DNA from: an uncultured Candidatus Saccharibacteria bacterium
Lineage (GTDB): Bacteria; Patescibacteriota; Minisyncoccia; 2-02-FULL-40-12
Assembly: GCA_964368135.1 (NCBI GenBank)
Contig: CAYIZI010000001.1
Location: 42,926 to 106,925 of the forward strand
Reading direction: 5' to 3'
DNA: 64,000 bases
Part shown: one piece after another, positions 14,902 through 22,831 of the stretch
Position numbering within the stretch: the first letter of the stretch is position 1
Layout of the letters: the number at the start of each line of letters is the position of its first letter
Made by a program: the position numbers and the translations under genes
The notes under the pieces: model-generated
Told to the model about the DNA's origin: nothing
What the model saw: only the letters and a program-made list of their open reading frames with translations
The model's database searches: none

Positions 14902-16050
14902 ATGAGAACAGGAATTGCGAATTTTACTTTAGATTACGGAAAAGCCCCCCGGTGGCTGATTGAACGGATGGTAAAACTCGGCCGGATAATCGGCATTGCT
15001 ATTGTTGAAGAATTCGGAACCGAGGAATTCATAAAACGGCTGTCTGATCCGGTCTGGTTTCAGAGTCTTGGCTGTGTCCTTGCTTTTGACTGGAACGCAT
15101 CGGGTCTCACCACAACCACCATGGGCGCCCTAAAAGAGGCCTTTCGCGGACTTGAGCAAGAATTCGGCATTTATATTTGCGGCGGCAAAGGCAAAACCTC
15201 GCGCAAAACGCCTGATGAAATTTTTGATTGGGGATTAAAAATTGGGCTGGACGAAAACAAGGGTAAACGGTTGATTTTTGCTTCCAAAGCCGCGGCCAAA
15301 GTAGATAGTTCTCTGATTCAAGACGGTTTTCAAATCTATCACCATAATTTTATCTTCACTCATAACGGAAAATGGTCAGTAATCCAGCAAGGCATGAATA
15401 CAATTTGGCAAAAAGCCAGGCGCTACCACTGGTTCGGCGATTTAACTTTGTCTGATTTTGTGAACGAGCCTCATAGCGGTATCGCCAGTCAGGCAAAATT
15501 AAAACAGGTATTAAATCTAACCTCTGGCCATAGCGAGAAAAATAGAGTCATATCAACTCAATTGGTGGATGACCGGAAAAATTTAGTCAAAGATATTAAT
15601 CTTATCCAAACATTCTCAAACCCAACAGCTTCCCTTTTTGAAAATGATGGAGTAAAAATCCTCAACCTGACTGACAATGACTTTAGAACTCATCGGGTGG
15701 TAGATGAAAAAATCAATTTTGAATCGCCGCATCTCAAAAAAAGCTTTGATAAAATTTTCACCGAACAGCCAAAAACCTTTCAAGATTTAATGATGATCCG
15801 CGGCGTCGGGCCAAAAACTATTCGCGCCTTGTCTTTGGTCGCCGAAATAATCTATGGCGCCAAGCCCTCATACGAGGACCCGGCCCGCTACTCATTTGCC
15901 CATGGCGGCAAAGACCATATCCCCTACCCGGTTGACCGCCAGACTTATGACAAAACCATTGACATTATGGGGCGAGCCGTCAGAAACGCTAAGAATCTCT
16001 CCTCAAAAGAAAAAGACGGCGTCCAGCGCCGCCTTGCCCAGATAAATTGA
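14902..16050 (+). CDS. DUF763-family protein
   Basis: N-terminal GKAPRWLIERMVKLGRIIGIAIVEEFGTEEFIKRLSDPVWFQSLGCVLAFDWNASGLTTT matches my recollection of DUF763. Helix-hairpin-helix-like IRGVGPKTIRALSLVAEIIYG. Confidence 0.65.
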   Translation: MRTGIANFTLDYGKAPRWLIERMVKLGRIIGIAIVEEFGTEEFIKRLSDPVWFQSLGCVLAFDWNASGLTTTTMGALKEAFRGLEQEFGIYICGGKGKTSRKTPDEIFDWGLKIGLDENKGKRLIFASKAAAKVDSSLIQDGFQIYHHNFIFTHNGKWSVIQQGMNTIWQKARRYHWFGDLTLSDFVNEPHSGIASQAKLKQVLNLTSGHSEKNRVISTQLVDDRKNLVKDINLIQTFSNPTASLFENDGVKILNLTDNDFRTHRVVDEKINFESPHLKKSFDKIFTEQPKTFQDLMMIRGVGPKTIRALSLVAEIIYGAKPSYEDPARYSFAHGGKDHIPYPVDRQTYDKTIDIMGRAVRNAKNLSSKEKDGVQRRLAQIN

Positions 16051-16055
16051 GAGTT

Positions 16056-16813
16056 TCAAAGATTAATGAGCTTCTGGGCCAGCTTTCTCACCCCCTCTTT
16101 CCACAGAGCCGGTTCGGTCGTGTCAATGTCAGCCAGAAGATAAGCCGGCGGTTTTTTCAAAATCCACTTGCCGCCGCCTTCTCTGGACCAGCGATAATGG
16201 TGCGGCGTTCTCCGCCACATCTCCTTGAATTTAATCACTGCTCCTTTCTGCTGTCCCTTGCCTTCTTTCCAGGTGCTCTTTGCACCGCCGAAGAAATCTT
16301 CAGACGAATCTTCGTAAGAGGCTGAGAGCATTCGGCCCAACATCACTTCTGGATCAGTATAGGTTCGGATAAAGAAGAGTTCTGCTCCGGCCTTGGCGAC
16401 TTTTGCTTTCAAGCTGGCTCTTTTTTTCTCATCAGCAAAGTCAGCATCAAAAATGACATTGCCGCCCCGTTTCAAGATTTCAAGAGATACATTTTCGGCA
16501 ATCTGCCGGACATAGAGATACTTCTCGCCGACTTTTCGAAGCTGGACCCTGATCGCATCTCCTTCAATTACCACGCCGCCGATCCTCAAGCCAGCTCTTT
16601 GGCCACCGAGCTCTTGCCCGAACCGACAAGTCCCAAAAGAGCAACAACAACCCTGTTTTTGGTCTTGCGTTTGACAGGCCCAATATCAGACTGAACCTTG
16701 TTGATGAAGGCTTCTTGGGCCTTTTTTGCTTTAGCAGAGAGGGTTTCTTTCCTATGAACCATTACCTTCATGATAAAAGGCAGAATGGCCTCGGTCAATC
16801 TTCTAAACATCAC
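16056..16813 (-). pseudogene. P-loop kinase/NTPase (zeta-toxin/AAA_33-like) split into two ORFs by a frameshift
   Basis: The 75-aa ORF ends LLGLVGSGKSSVAKELA* (Walker A). The 177-aa ORF starts one base out of frame at TTG 16589 with RIGGVVIEGDAIR...NVIFDADF. Together they read as one protein. Confidence 0.5.
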
Positions 16814-16865
16814 TCACCTCCGTATACGTATAAAAGTTTAAAACCAACCCAAACGAGCTAATTTA

Positions 16866-16894
16866 AAAATACCACGAAAAACTAAGAGTGTCAA
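16866..16894 (-). promoter_or_regulatory. Candidate sigma-70 promoter for the P-loop kinase gene
   Basis: The minus strand reads TTGACA, 17 nt, TATTTT. Downstream, GGAGGTGAgtgATG. Confidence 0.4.
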
Positions 16895-16898
16895 AAAC

Positions 16899-17161
16899 AA
16901 AAACTGCAAACATGAAACTTTAGCTTAAGGGCCGCAGGGTATAGCCAATTTCCGAGAGTTCGGCCGGAGCAGATACAAATAACCGAAGCGAGTAAAAATT
17001 TGCCGGTAACACAAAGTTGGTGGAGGATCCAATTTTGTCGGCAAATTTTAGTGAGTAAATTCTTATTTACGAACAATACTCGCTGAGGATTATTTGTCTG
17101 CGGAGGTTGCTTGAGGAAATTGGCTATACCCGAGAGCCCTAATTGGATGTTTGCGGTTTTT
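16899..17161. repeat. ~260-bp imperfect fold-back (long palindromic) element
   Basis: Outer arms 16899-16913 / 17147-17161. Perfect 17-bp arms 16937-16953 / 17115-17131. Central hairpin 16997-17047. An arm copy recurs at 22692-22748. Confidence 0.8.
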
Positions 17162-19856
17162 AGTGCCTCATTTGCTCCTTAATCCTCACCTTGAAATTTT
17201 TATCGTAATCAATCTCAATGGCGCTGCCCCGCTCCGGTTCTTCTTTTAAAAGCAATTCCGAAATTCTATTCTCAATCTGCCGCTGAATCACCCGGCGAAG
17301 TTCCCTGGCCCCAAAATGCGGGTCATAACCCTCTTCAGCTAATTTTTTAATCGCTTGAGACGAAATATTTAGATTATAGCCGAGCATCTTCAGTTTCTCG
17401 GTCAGCTTTTCCAGCTGAAGAACAACAATCTTTTGAATCTGTTCTTTCTCAAGCGATTTAAAGACAATCACTTCGTCAAAACGATTCAAAAACTCAGGCC
17501 GGAAATAGGTCCTTAAATTGTTTACCAAAAGCTCGCGCAAAGATTCATAGCCCATTCGGTCGCTGTCGGACTTATCAAATTCGCGGTGAATTATATCAGA
17601 ACCGACATTAGAAGTGGCGATAATAATGGTGTTTGAAAAATCAACCTTGCGGCCCTGGCCGTCAGTCAAACGGCCGTCTTCCAAAACCTGAAGCAGAATA
17701 TTAAAAACATCGGGGTGGGCTTTTTCAATTTCATCCAGTAAAATTATTGAATGCGGACGGCGGCGGACAATTTCTGTCAGCTGTCCCCCTTCTTCGTAGC
17801 CGACATATCCGGGCGGCGCGCCGATTAAACGGGAAACATTGTGCTTTTCCATATATTCAGACATATCCAGGCGGGCCATTGCATTTTCATCGCCAAAAAG
17901 CACATTAGCCAAAGTCCGAACCATTTCGGTTTTGCCGACACCGGTCGGCCCAAGAAACAAAAACGAAGCAATCGGCCGGTGAACATCGCCCAATCCGGCC
18001 CGGCCCCGCCTGATTGCTTCAGCCACAGCCTTAACCGCCTCTTCCTGGTCAATTAACCGTTCGTGAATCCTATTTTCCAGATTCAGCAGCTTCTCCTTTT
18101 CGGCCTGGGTCAATTGAGTCACCGGAACTCCGGTCAGCTTAGAGACCACTTCCGCCACATTTTCAAAGGTAACTTCTGGGATAATCTTCGCTTTTTTATT
18201 TTCCCAGGTGTCAAGCTTCTCGGCTCTTTCTTTTTCCAATTCAACAAGTTCCTTTTCAATCAGCGACACTTTTTTGCTTTTAGAATGCTTGGCCGCATCA
18301 AGCTCTTTTTTCAGGCCGCGAATTTTTTCTTCAATTCTTTTCAGCTCATCCGGCTCGGTAGTGAACTTAATCCTGACTCGCGAGGCGGCCTGGTCAATTA
18401 AATCAATAGCTTTGTCCGGCAAGAAGCGGCCGGTGATGTAGCGATGCGAAAGTTCGGCCGCGCCGACAATGGCTTCATCAGAAATCTTAACCCGGTGATG
18501 CGACTCATAGCGGTCGCGTAAACCATGCAATATCTCCACGGTTTCGCCAACTGTCGGCTCACTGACATAAATCGGTTGGAAGCGACGCTCCAGAGCCGCA
18601 TCTTTCTCAATGTGCTTTTGGTACTCTTTCAAAGTGGTGGCGCCGACAATATGAAGCTCGCCCCGAGCCAAAGCCGGCTTAAACATATTAGCCGCGTCCA
18701 TTGCCCCGCCTTCAGCCCGGCCAGCACCGACAAGTAAATGCAATTCATCAATAAAAACAATCAACTTGTTGGAATTGGCAACTATTTCTTCCAAAACTGA
18801 CTTTAGCCGCTCTTCAAACTGGCCGCGAAACTGGGTGCCGGCTAAGATGCCGGACAAATCTAATTCAACCACTCTTTTACCTTGCAAGGGCTCGGGCACA
18901 TTTCCAGAAACGATTCTTTGGGCGAGCCCTTCAATAATGGCTGTTTTACCGACTCCGGGCTCGCCGATTAAAACCGGGTTGTTCTTGGTTCGGCGGGCCA
19001 AAACTTCAATTGCCGTTTCAATCTCTTTGTGCCGGCCAATAACCGGGTCTAACTTCCCTATTCTGGCAAGTTGGGTAAGGTCGCGGGAAAACTGATCCAA
19101 AGCAGGGGTCTGCATCATCGGAATAAAACCTTCTTTGGCTCCCCGGCCCACCGCCTTAACCACCGCGTTCCTTAGTTTCTCGTAATCAAGCTTTTGTTTC
19201 TTTAAAACACGAGCACCCAAACCCTCACCCTCCTGCATCAAAGCCAAAAGCAGATGTTCTGGACCGACATAGTTGTGGTGTAAATTTTGGGCTTCAGGCA
19301 AAGCAATATCCAGAATTCTTTTCATTCGCGGTGAAAACTCTAACTCGTCTTCAGCAGTCCCGCCCTTTTGAATACTTTTTTCAAGATTAGACCTGACTTC
19401 TGTTTCCGAAATTCTTAAATTATTCAAAATCTTTTTGATGACCTGGTCATTTATCAAAGCCAAAAGCAGGTGCTCGGTGTCAACTTCCGAACTGCCGAAA
19501 GCTTGAGCCTGACCGCCGGCCTCTCCTAAAATGTGCTTGGCTGATTCGGAAAGGTAATCCTGGACGTCAACTCTTTCCTGAACTCTTGGCTCGGCCTGAA
19601 ATATGTCGCCGAAAAAATCGCCGAAAATATCGTCGCCAAAAATACTGCCAAACCCAAACGGATCGCGCGGATCGCGGCCGCGACCGCTTGGTTTTTTAGG
19701 GCTATCTCCTTGCCCTGAACCTGCTGAACCGCCAAAACTAAAACTCACTCCTTTGGCAGAGCACTGGTCACAAACATTGGTCACCGACTGGACCCCATTA
19801 ACTATCTTAACCACTCGCCGTGTAGCAGAATTTTTCTTGCAAATATCACAGAGCAT
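17160..19856 (-). CDS. clpC: ATP-dependent Clp protease ATP-binding subunit ClpC with an N-terminal zinc ribbon
   Basis: Two Clp_N repeats. Two AAA modules (GEPGVGKTA, GPTGVGKTE; DEIEKAH). Short coiled-coil middle domain (ClpC-like, not ClpB-length). The N-terminal CDIC...CDQC ribbon resembles McsA. Confidence 0.85.
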   Translation of the reverse strand: MLCDICKKNSATRRVVKIVNGVQSVTNVCDQCSAKGVSFSFGGSAGSGQGDSPKKPSGRGRDPRDPFGFGSIFGDDIFGDFFGDIFQAEPRVQERVDVQDYLSESAKHILGEAGGQAQAFGSSEVDTEHLLLALINDQVIKKILNNLRISETEVRSNLEKSIQKGGTAEDELEFSPRMKRILDIALPEAQNLHHNYVGPEHLLLALMQEGEGLGARVLKKQKLDYEKLRNAVVKAVGRGAKEGFIPMMQTPALDQFSRDLTQLARIGKLDPVIGRHKEIETAIEVLARRTKNNPVLIGEPGVGKTAIIEGLAQRIVSGNVPEPLQGKRVVELDLSGILAGTQFRGQFEERLKSVLEEIVANSNKLIVFIDELHLLVGAGRAEGGAMDAANMFKPALARGELHIVGATTLKEYQKHIEKDAALERRFQPIYVSEPTVGETVEILHGLRDRYESHHRVKISDEAIVGAAELSHRYITGRFLPDKAIDLIDQAASRVRIKFTTEPDELKRIEEKIRGLKKELDAAKHSKSKKVSLIEKELVELEKERAEKLDTWENKKAKIIPEVTFENVAEVVSKLTGVPVTQLTQAEKEKLLNLENRIHERLIDQEEAVKAVAEAIRRGRAGLGDVHRPIASFLFLGPTGVGKTEMVRTLANVLFGDENAMARLDMSEYMEKHNVSRLIGAPPGYVGYEEGGQLTEIVRRRPHSIILLDEIEKAHPDVFNILLQVLEDGRLTDGQGRKVDFSNTIIIATSNVGSDIIHREFDKSDSDRMGYESLRELLVNNLRTYFRPEFLNRFDEVIVFKSLEKEQIQKIVVLQLEKLTEKLKMLGYNLNISSQAIKKLAEEGYDPHFGARELRRVIQRQIENRISELLLKEEPERGSAIEIDYDKNFKVRIKEQMRH

Positions 19857-19918
19857 AAATATAAAAAACTAACCATTATATTTTATGATTTTTTAAAAAG
19901 AGAGTCAATAGAAGACCG

Positions 19919-20275
19919 CTACTTCATCGCAAATCCGCCGCCGATCAGTGCACCGACCATATTCATTTCAAGGGCAAAAACAGCCAAAGGCCAAACATCG
20001 TTAACGCCCATTGCCTTAACTACTCCCCATCCTAAAACTATTAATATTGCCCAAACCACACCAATCACAACTCCGCTCGAGAATGCTTTGCCCCAGCCCT
20101 GGCCTCCGTTTTGATAACCAACCCAAAGACCAAAAGCCAAAGCAATCAATGCCCAAGTGTCTACCGACATCATTGATTCCACTCCTTCAACATAGCTTAA
20201 AATAACCGCTACAACAGCAACTAAGACGGCTGCGGTAACAGGCACTCTCATCATTCCTCCCATATTTAGTTCCAA
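19919..20275 (-). CDS. Hypothetical small polytopic membrane protein
   Basis: 118-aa ORF with about four hydrophobic helices, Gly/Trp-rich. Start ambiguous (TTG 20275, ATG 20263, or GTG further in). Confidence 0.45.
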   Translation of the reverse strand: MELNMGGMMRVPVTAAVLVAVVAVILSYVEGVESMMSVDTWALIALAFGLWVGYQNGGQGWGKAFSSGVVIGVVWAILIVLGWGVVKAMGVNDVWPLAVFALEMNMVGALIGGGFAMK

Positions 20276-20410
20276 TTACTTAAGCTGCTTAAGTTTAAGT
20301 AACCAGATAAATTATTAAAGTTCCCGAAACACTTATTTTATAAGTGTACGGATAAACAGCTGCTCGACTCGCCTGCTTTTCGCAGACCTTATATCAGCCG
20401 ATTATATCGT

Positions 20411-20438
20411 GAATATATGGATTTGAATCCATATATTC
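20411..20438. repeat. Perfect 12-bp inverted repeat
   Basis: gaatatatggat-ttga-atccatatattc in the 190-bp intergenic region, followed by the atttcg-N6-cgaaat hairpin. Confidence 0.8.
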
Positions 20439-20465
20439 ATTTCGCTCGGTCGAAATAAATGACAA

Positions 20466-21143
20466 TCATTCATTTCTTCCTCGCTCGTGAATATCATCTA
20501 CCCAGCGGCAGTAATCGCATTTTTCATGCTTGTCCGGTATTGGACCAGCCAGTAAACTGATTGCCTTGTAAAATAACTCTTTGGCGTTTTCTTTTGATGT
20601 CTCTATCCTCTTTGGTATTATATCAAATTCTATCAAATTGTTGCTGTGGATTTTTAAGGGCGCGAAAAAGACCAGGTAGCCGATATCTTTGGTCGGATAG
20701 CCGTTTTCGTCCAAAAGCCAGGTGTAAATATTAAGCTGATTTTGATGAAAGATATGGGAATCATCCCTGATTTCACCTTTTGATTTGTAATCCAAGGGTA
20801 AAAAGCGGTTGTCTTCAGAAACAAGGCAATCGTCCAAAGCACTAACTAACTTTGTATCGGCTTTTTTGTCAATAAAACTTAAACCGGTCCGCCAATTCCG
20901 CCATTTTTTCAAAAGCTCCTGGTTATCCATCAACCGATCTTCAACCAAGTTCTCAAGCTGGGGCGGCAATTTACCTTTGGCTCGGAAACCGTCAAAATAA
21001 CTTTTAATCAAAAGATCCATCTTGGTGTAAAGCGGCATCGGGATGCCCTGGGGCCGCCTGACTCTTTCTTTTACTTGTAAATAAAAACAGCGCGGACACT
21101 CGTTGAACAAAGCTAAACTTGAAGCGGATAAAATAGTCATCAA
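20466..21143 (-). CDS. PD-(D/E)XK nuclease, Cas4-like (four-Cys cluster)
   Basis: N-terminal ECPRCFY and C-terminal KCDYCRW cysteines. LPLDYKSKG (D/ExK) and QLNIY (QxxxY) motifs. Confidence 0.6.
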   Translation of the reverse strand: MMTILSASSLALFNECPRCFYLQVKERVRRPQGIPMPLYTKMDLLIKSYFDGFRAKGKLPPQLENLVEDRLMDNQELLKKWRNWRTGLSFIDKKADTKLVSALDDCLVSEDNRFLPLDYKSKGEIRDDSHIFHQNQLNIYTWLLDENGYPTKDIGYLVFFAPLKIHSNNLIEFDIIPKRIETSKENAKELFYKAISLLAGPIPDKHEKCDYCRWVDDIHERGRNE

Positions 21144-21914
21144 TTATTTTTTCCCGAATAAACTCAATAAAAATATGCCGACGCCAATTAAAATAATAAT
21201 CGGGCCAGGCGGCAAGCCATATGTTCTGGCGATCATTAAACCGGACGGTGCGGTCAATAAACCAAAAATAGTACTCAAAGAAGCATATCTTCCAATACTG
21301 CGGCTTAAATTTTTAGCGGCCGTGGCTGAAACTATTATTAAAGCACCCATTAGTAGTGTGCCGACAACCTTTACTCCCAAAGCCACCACGGCCGAGACCA
21401 AAACCAAAAACAATAAGTTAATTTTCCTCAACTTCACGCCATTGGCAATGGCCAAATCCTCGGAAATAGTTCCCAAAACCAGGCCTCTGTAAATTTTAGC
21501 CCCGATAGTAAACACGGCAGCTGAAAGTAAAATCGCCAGCGCGGTATCAAAAAAATCAATTTCGGAAATATCGCCGAAAAGCGCCTCACCAAGCTCTTCC
21601 AAATCAGGAATAAGCATTACGCCAATGGCCAGCGAAGCGACAAAGAAAATACCGATTAAGGCCTCGGTTGGAATTCTGGTCCTGCCTTCAAGCAGCCAAA
21701 TCAGCCACGAGGCGGCAAAGAGAAACACAAAAGCCAGCAAAAACGGATTAAGATTAAAAAGCAAGGCAAGGCCGATACCGGGCAAAGCGACATGGCTTAA
21801 AACATCGCCGGCCAAAGCCAGCCGCCTCAAAACCATTATTGAGCCAAGATATCCGGCGGCCGCGCCGACCACTCCGGCGGTGATTAGCGAAAAAAGTAAA
21901 TTTTGGTCAATCAT
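21144..21914 (-). CDS. Metal (Zn/Mn) ABC transporter permease, ABC-3 family
   Basis: The internal ATG at 21914 (MIDQNLLFSLITAGVVGAAAGYLGSIMVLRRLALAGDVLSHVALPG) overlaps the upstream ATPase stop as ATGA. 8-9 TM helices. Confidence 0.8.
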   Translation of the reverse strand: MIDQNLLFSLITAGVVGAAAGYLGSIMVLRRLALAGDVLSHVALPGIGLALLFNLNPFLLAFVFLFAASWLIWLLEGRTRIPTEALIGIFFVASLAIGVMLIPDLEELGEALFGDISEIDFFDTALAILLSAAVFTIGAKIYRGLVLGTISEDLAIANGVKLRKINLLFLVLVSAVVALGVKVVGTLLMGALIIVSATAAKNLSRSIGRYASLSTIFGLLTAPSGLMIARTYGLPPGPIIILIGVGIFLLSLFGKK

Positions 21915-22669
21915 ATACGTTTGTGAGTATGCGGATAAATTCCAACTTCTGTTCCATAAAGTTTTTTTAACTCCTCCCTGCTTAACGCCTCCTGGGGAGG
22001 ACCAAAACAAACTTTTTCCTTGTTGATGCACAAAACGCTGGAGGCCTGTTCATAAACAACATGAATGTCATGGGAAATAAAAATTATAGTCAAATCATGC
22101 TCGTCTCTTAACTTACGAAGGAGATTGTAAATCGTTTCTTCACCGCCGATATCTACTCCGGTGGTTGGCTCATCAAAAAGCAAAACTTTTGGATTACCCA
22201 AAAGAGCAAAAGCAATTAAAACCTTCTGAAGCTCACCGCCAGACAGCACCCCAAGTGGCTGGTTTAAAATGTGATGGACTAAGTGGTGCTCATCATGGGT
22301 ACCTGCCCCGTAGCTCGCCGCAGGCGATGGTTCGGGGTGAAAACCGACCCATTTTAAAACCTCGGCTACTTTACTCTTGCCGGCTTTTTTATAGTTCAAA
22401 AACTCTTTGACACTCAAAGGCAGATCGCGTTCAACAATGAAACGCTGGGGCACGTAGCCGACTTTAATATTTTTATACCAAAGGAACTTTCCTGAATAAG
22501 GCACCAGGCCCAGCAAAGTCCGGAATAAAACCGTCTTCCCGGCGCCGTTTGGTCCGACCACGGCCATGATGTCGCCTTTCTTGACTTCAAAACTCAAATC
22601 GCTGATAACTTTATCGCCGTTAAACTGAACATTCAGGTTCTCCACTTTGAGGATTAAATCGTTGGGCAT
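21911..22669 (-). CDS. Metal ABC transporter ATP-binding protein (ZnuC-like)
   Basis: Walker A GPNGAGKT, signature LSGGELQ, Walker B LLLFDEPT, H-loop SHD. Carries an in-frame hairpin at 22306-22337. Confidence 0.85.
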   Translation of the reverse strand: MPNDLILKVENLNVQFNGDKVISDLSFEVKKGDIMAVVGPNGAGKTVLFRTLLGLVPYSGKFLWYKNIKVGYVPQRFIVERDLPLSVKEFLNYKKAGKSKVAEVLKWVGFHPEPSPAASYGAGTHDEHHLVHHILNQPLGVLSGGELQKVLIAFALLGNPKVLLFDEPTTGVDIGGEETIYNLLRKLRDEHDLTIIFISHDIHVVYEQASSVLCINKEKVCFGPPQEALSREELKKLYGTEVGIYPHTHKRI

Positions 22670-22691
22670 CGGTTTTAATGATAACAGATTG

Positions 22692-22748
22692 CTCGGGTAT
22701 AGCCAATTTCTTTTCTGACTTTTTTAGACAAATAATCCTCAGAGAGTA
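22692..22748. repeat. Solo copy of the fold-back element arm
   Basis: ctcgggtatagccaatttc (19/19) and agacaaataatcctcag (17/17) are identical to the reverse complement of 17083-17134. The spacer has diverged. Confidence 0.85.
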
Positions 22749-22775
22749 TCCGGTTTTCGTTTTTTAAAAATTTTA

Positions 22776-22804
22776 TTGACAAATACCTTAAATTATTTTA
22801 CTCT
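22776..22804 (+). promoter_or_regulatory. Candidate promoter of the ClpP-like gene
   Basis: TTGACA at 22776-22781, then a 17-nt spacer and tactct (TAnnnT). A strong SD, AAAGGAGGTG, lies 7 nt before ATG 22832. Confidence 0.3.
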
Positions 22805-22831
22805 TTCCAAAGCTCAAAAGGAGGTGTAGTA

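Noticed and set aside
16899-17161. Assigning the long fold-back to 6S RNA or another known housekeeping RNA
   Set aside because: A long imperfect hairpin superficially resembles 6S RNA. I cannot identify a central bubble or conserved motifs, and a third arm copy at 22692 favours a repeat element. It is left unclassified.
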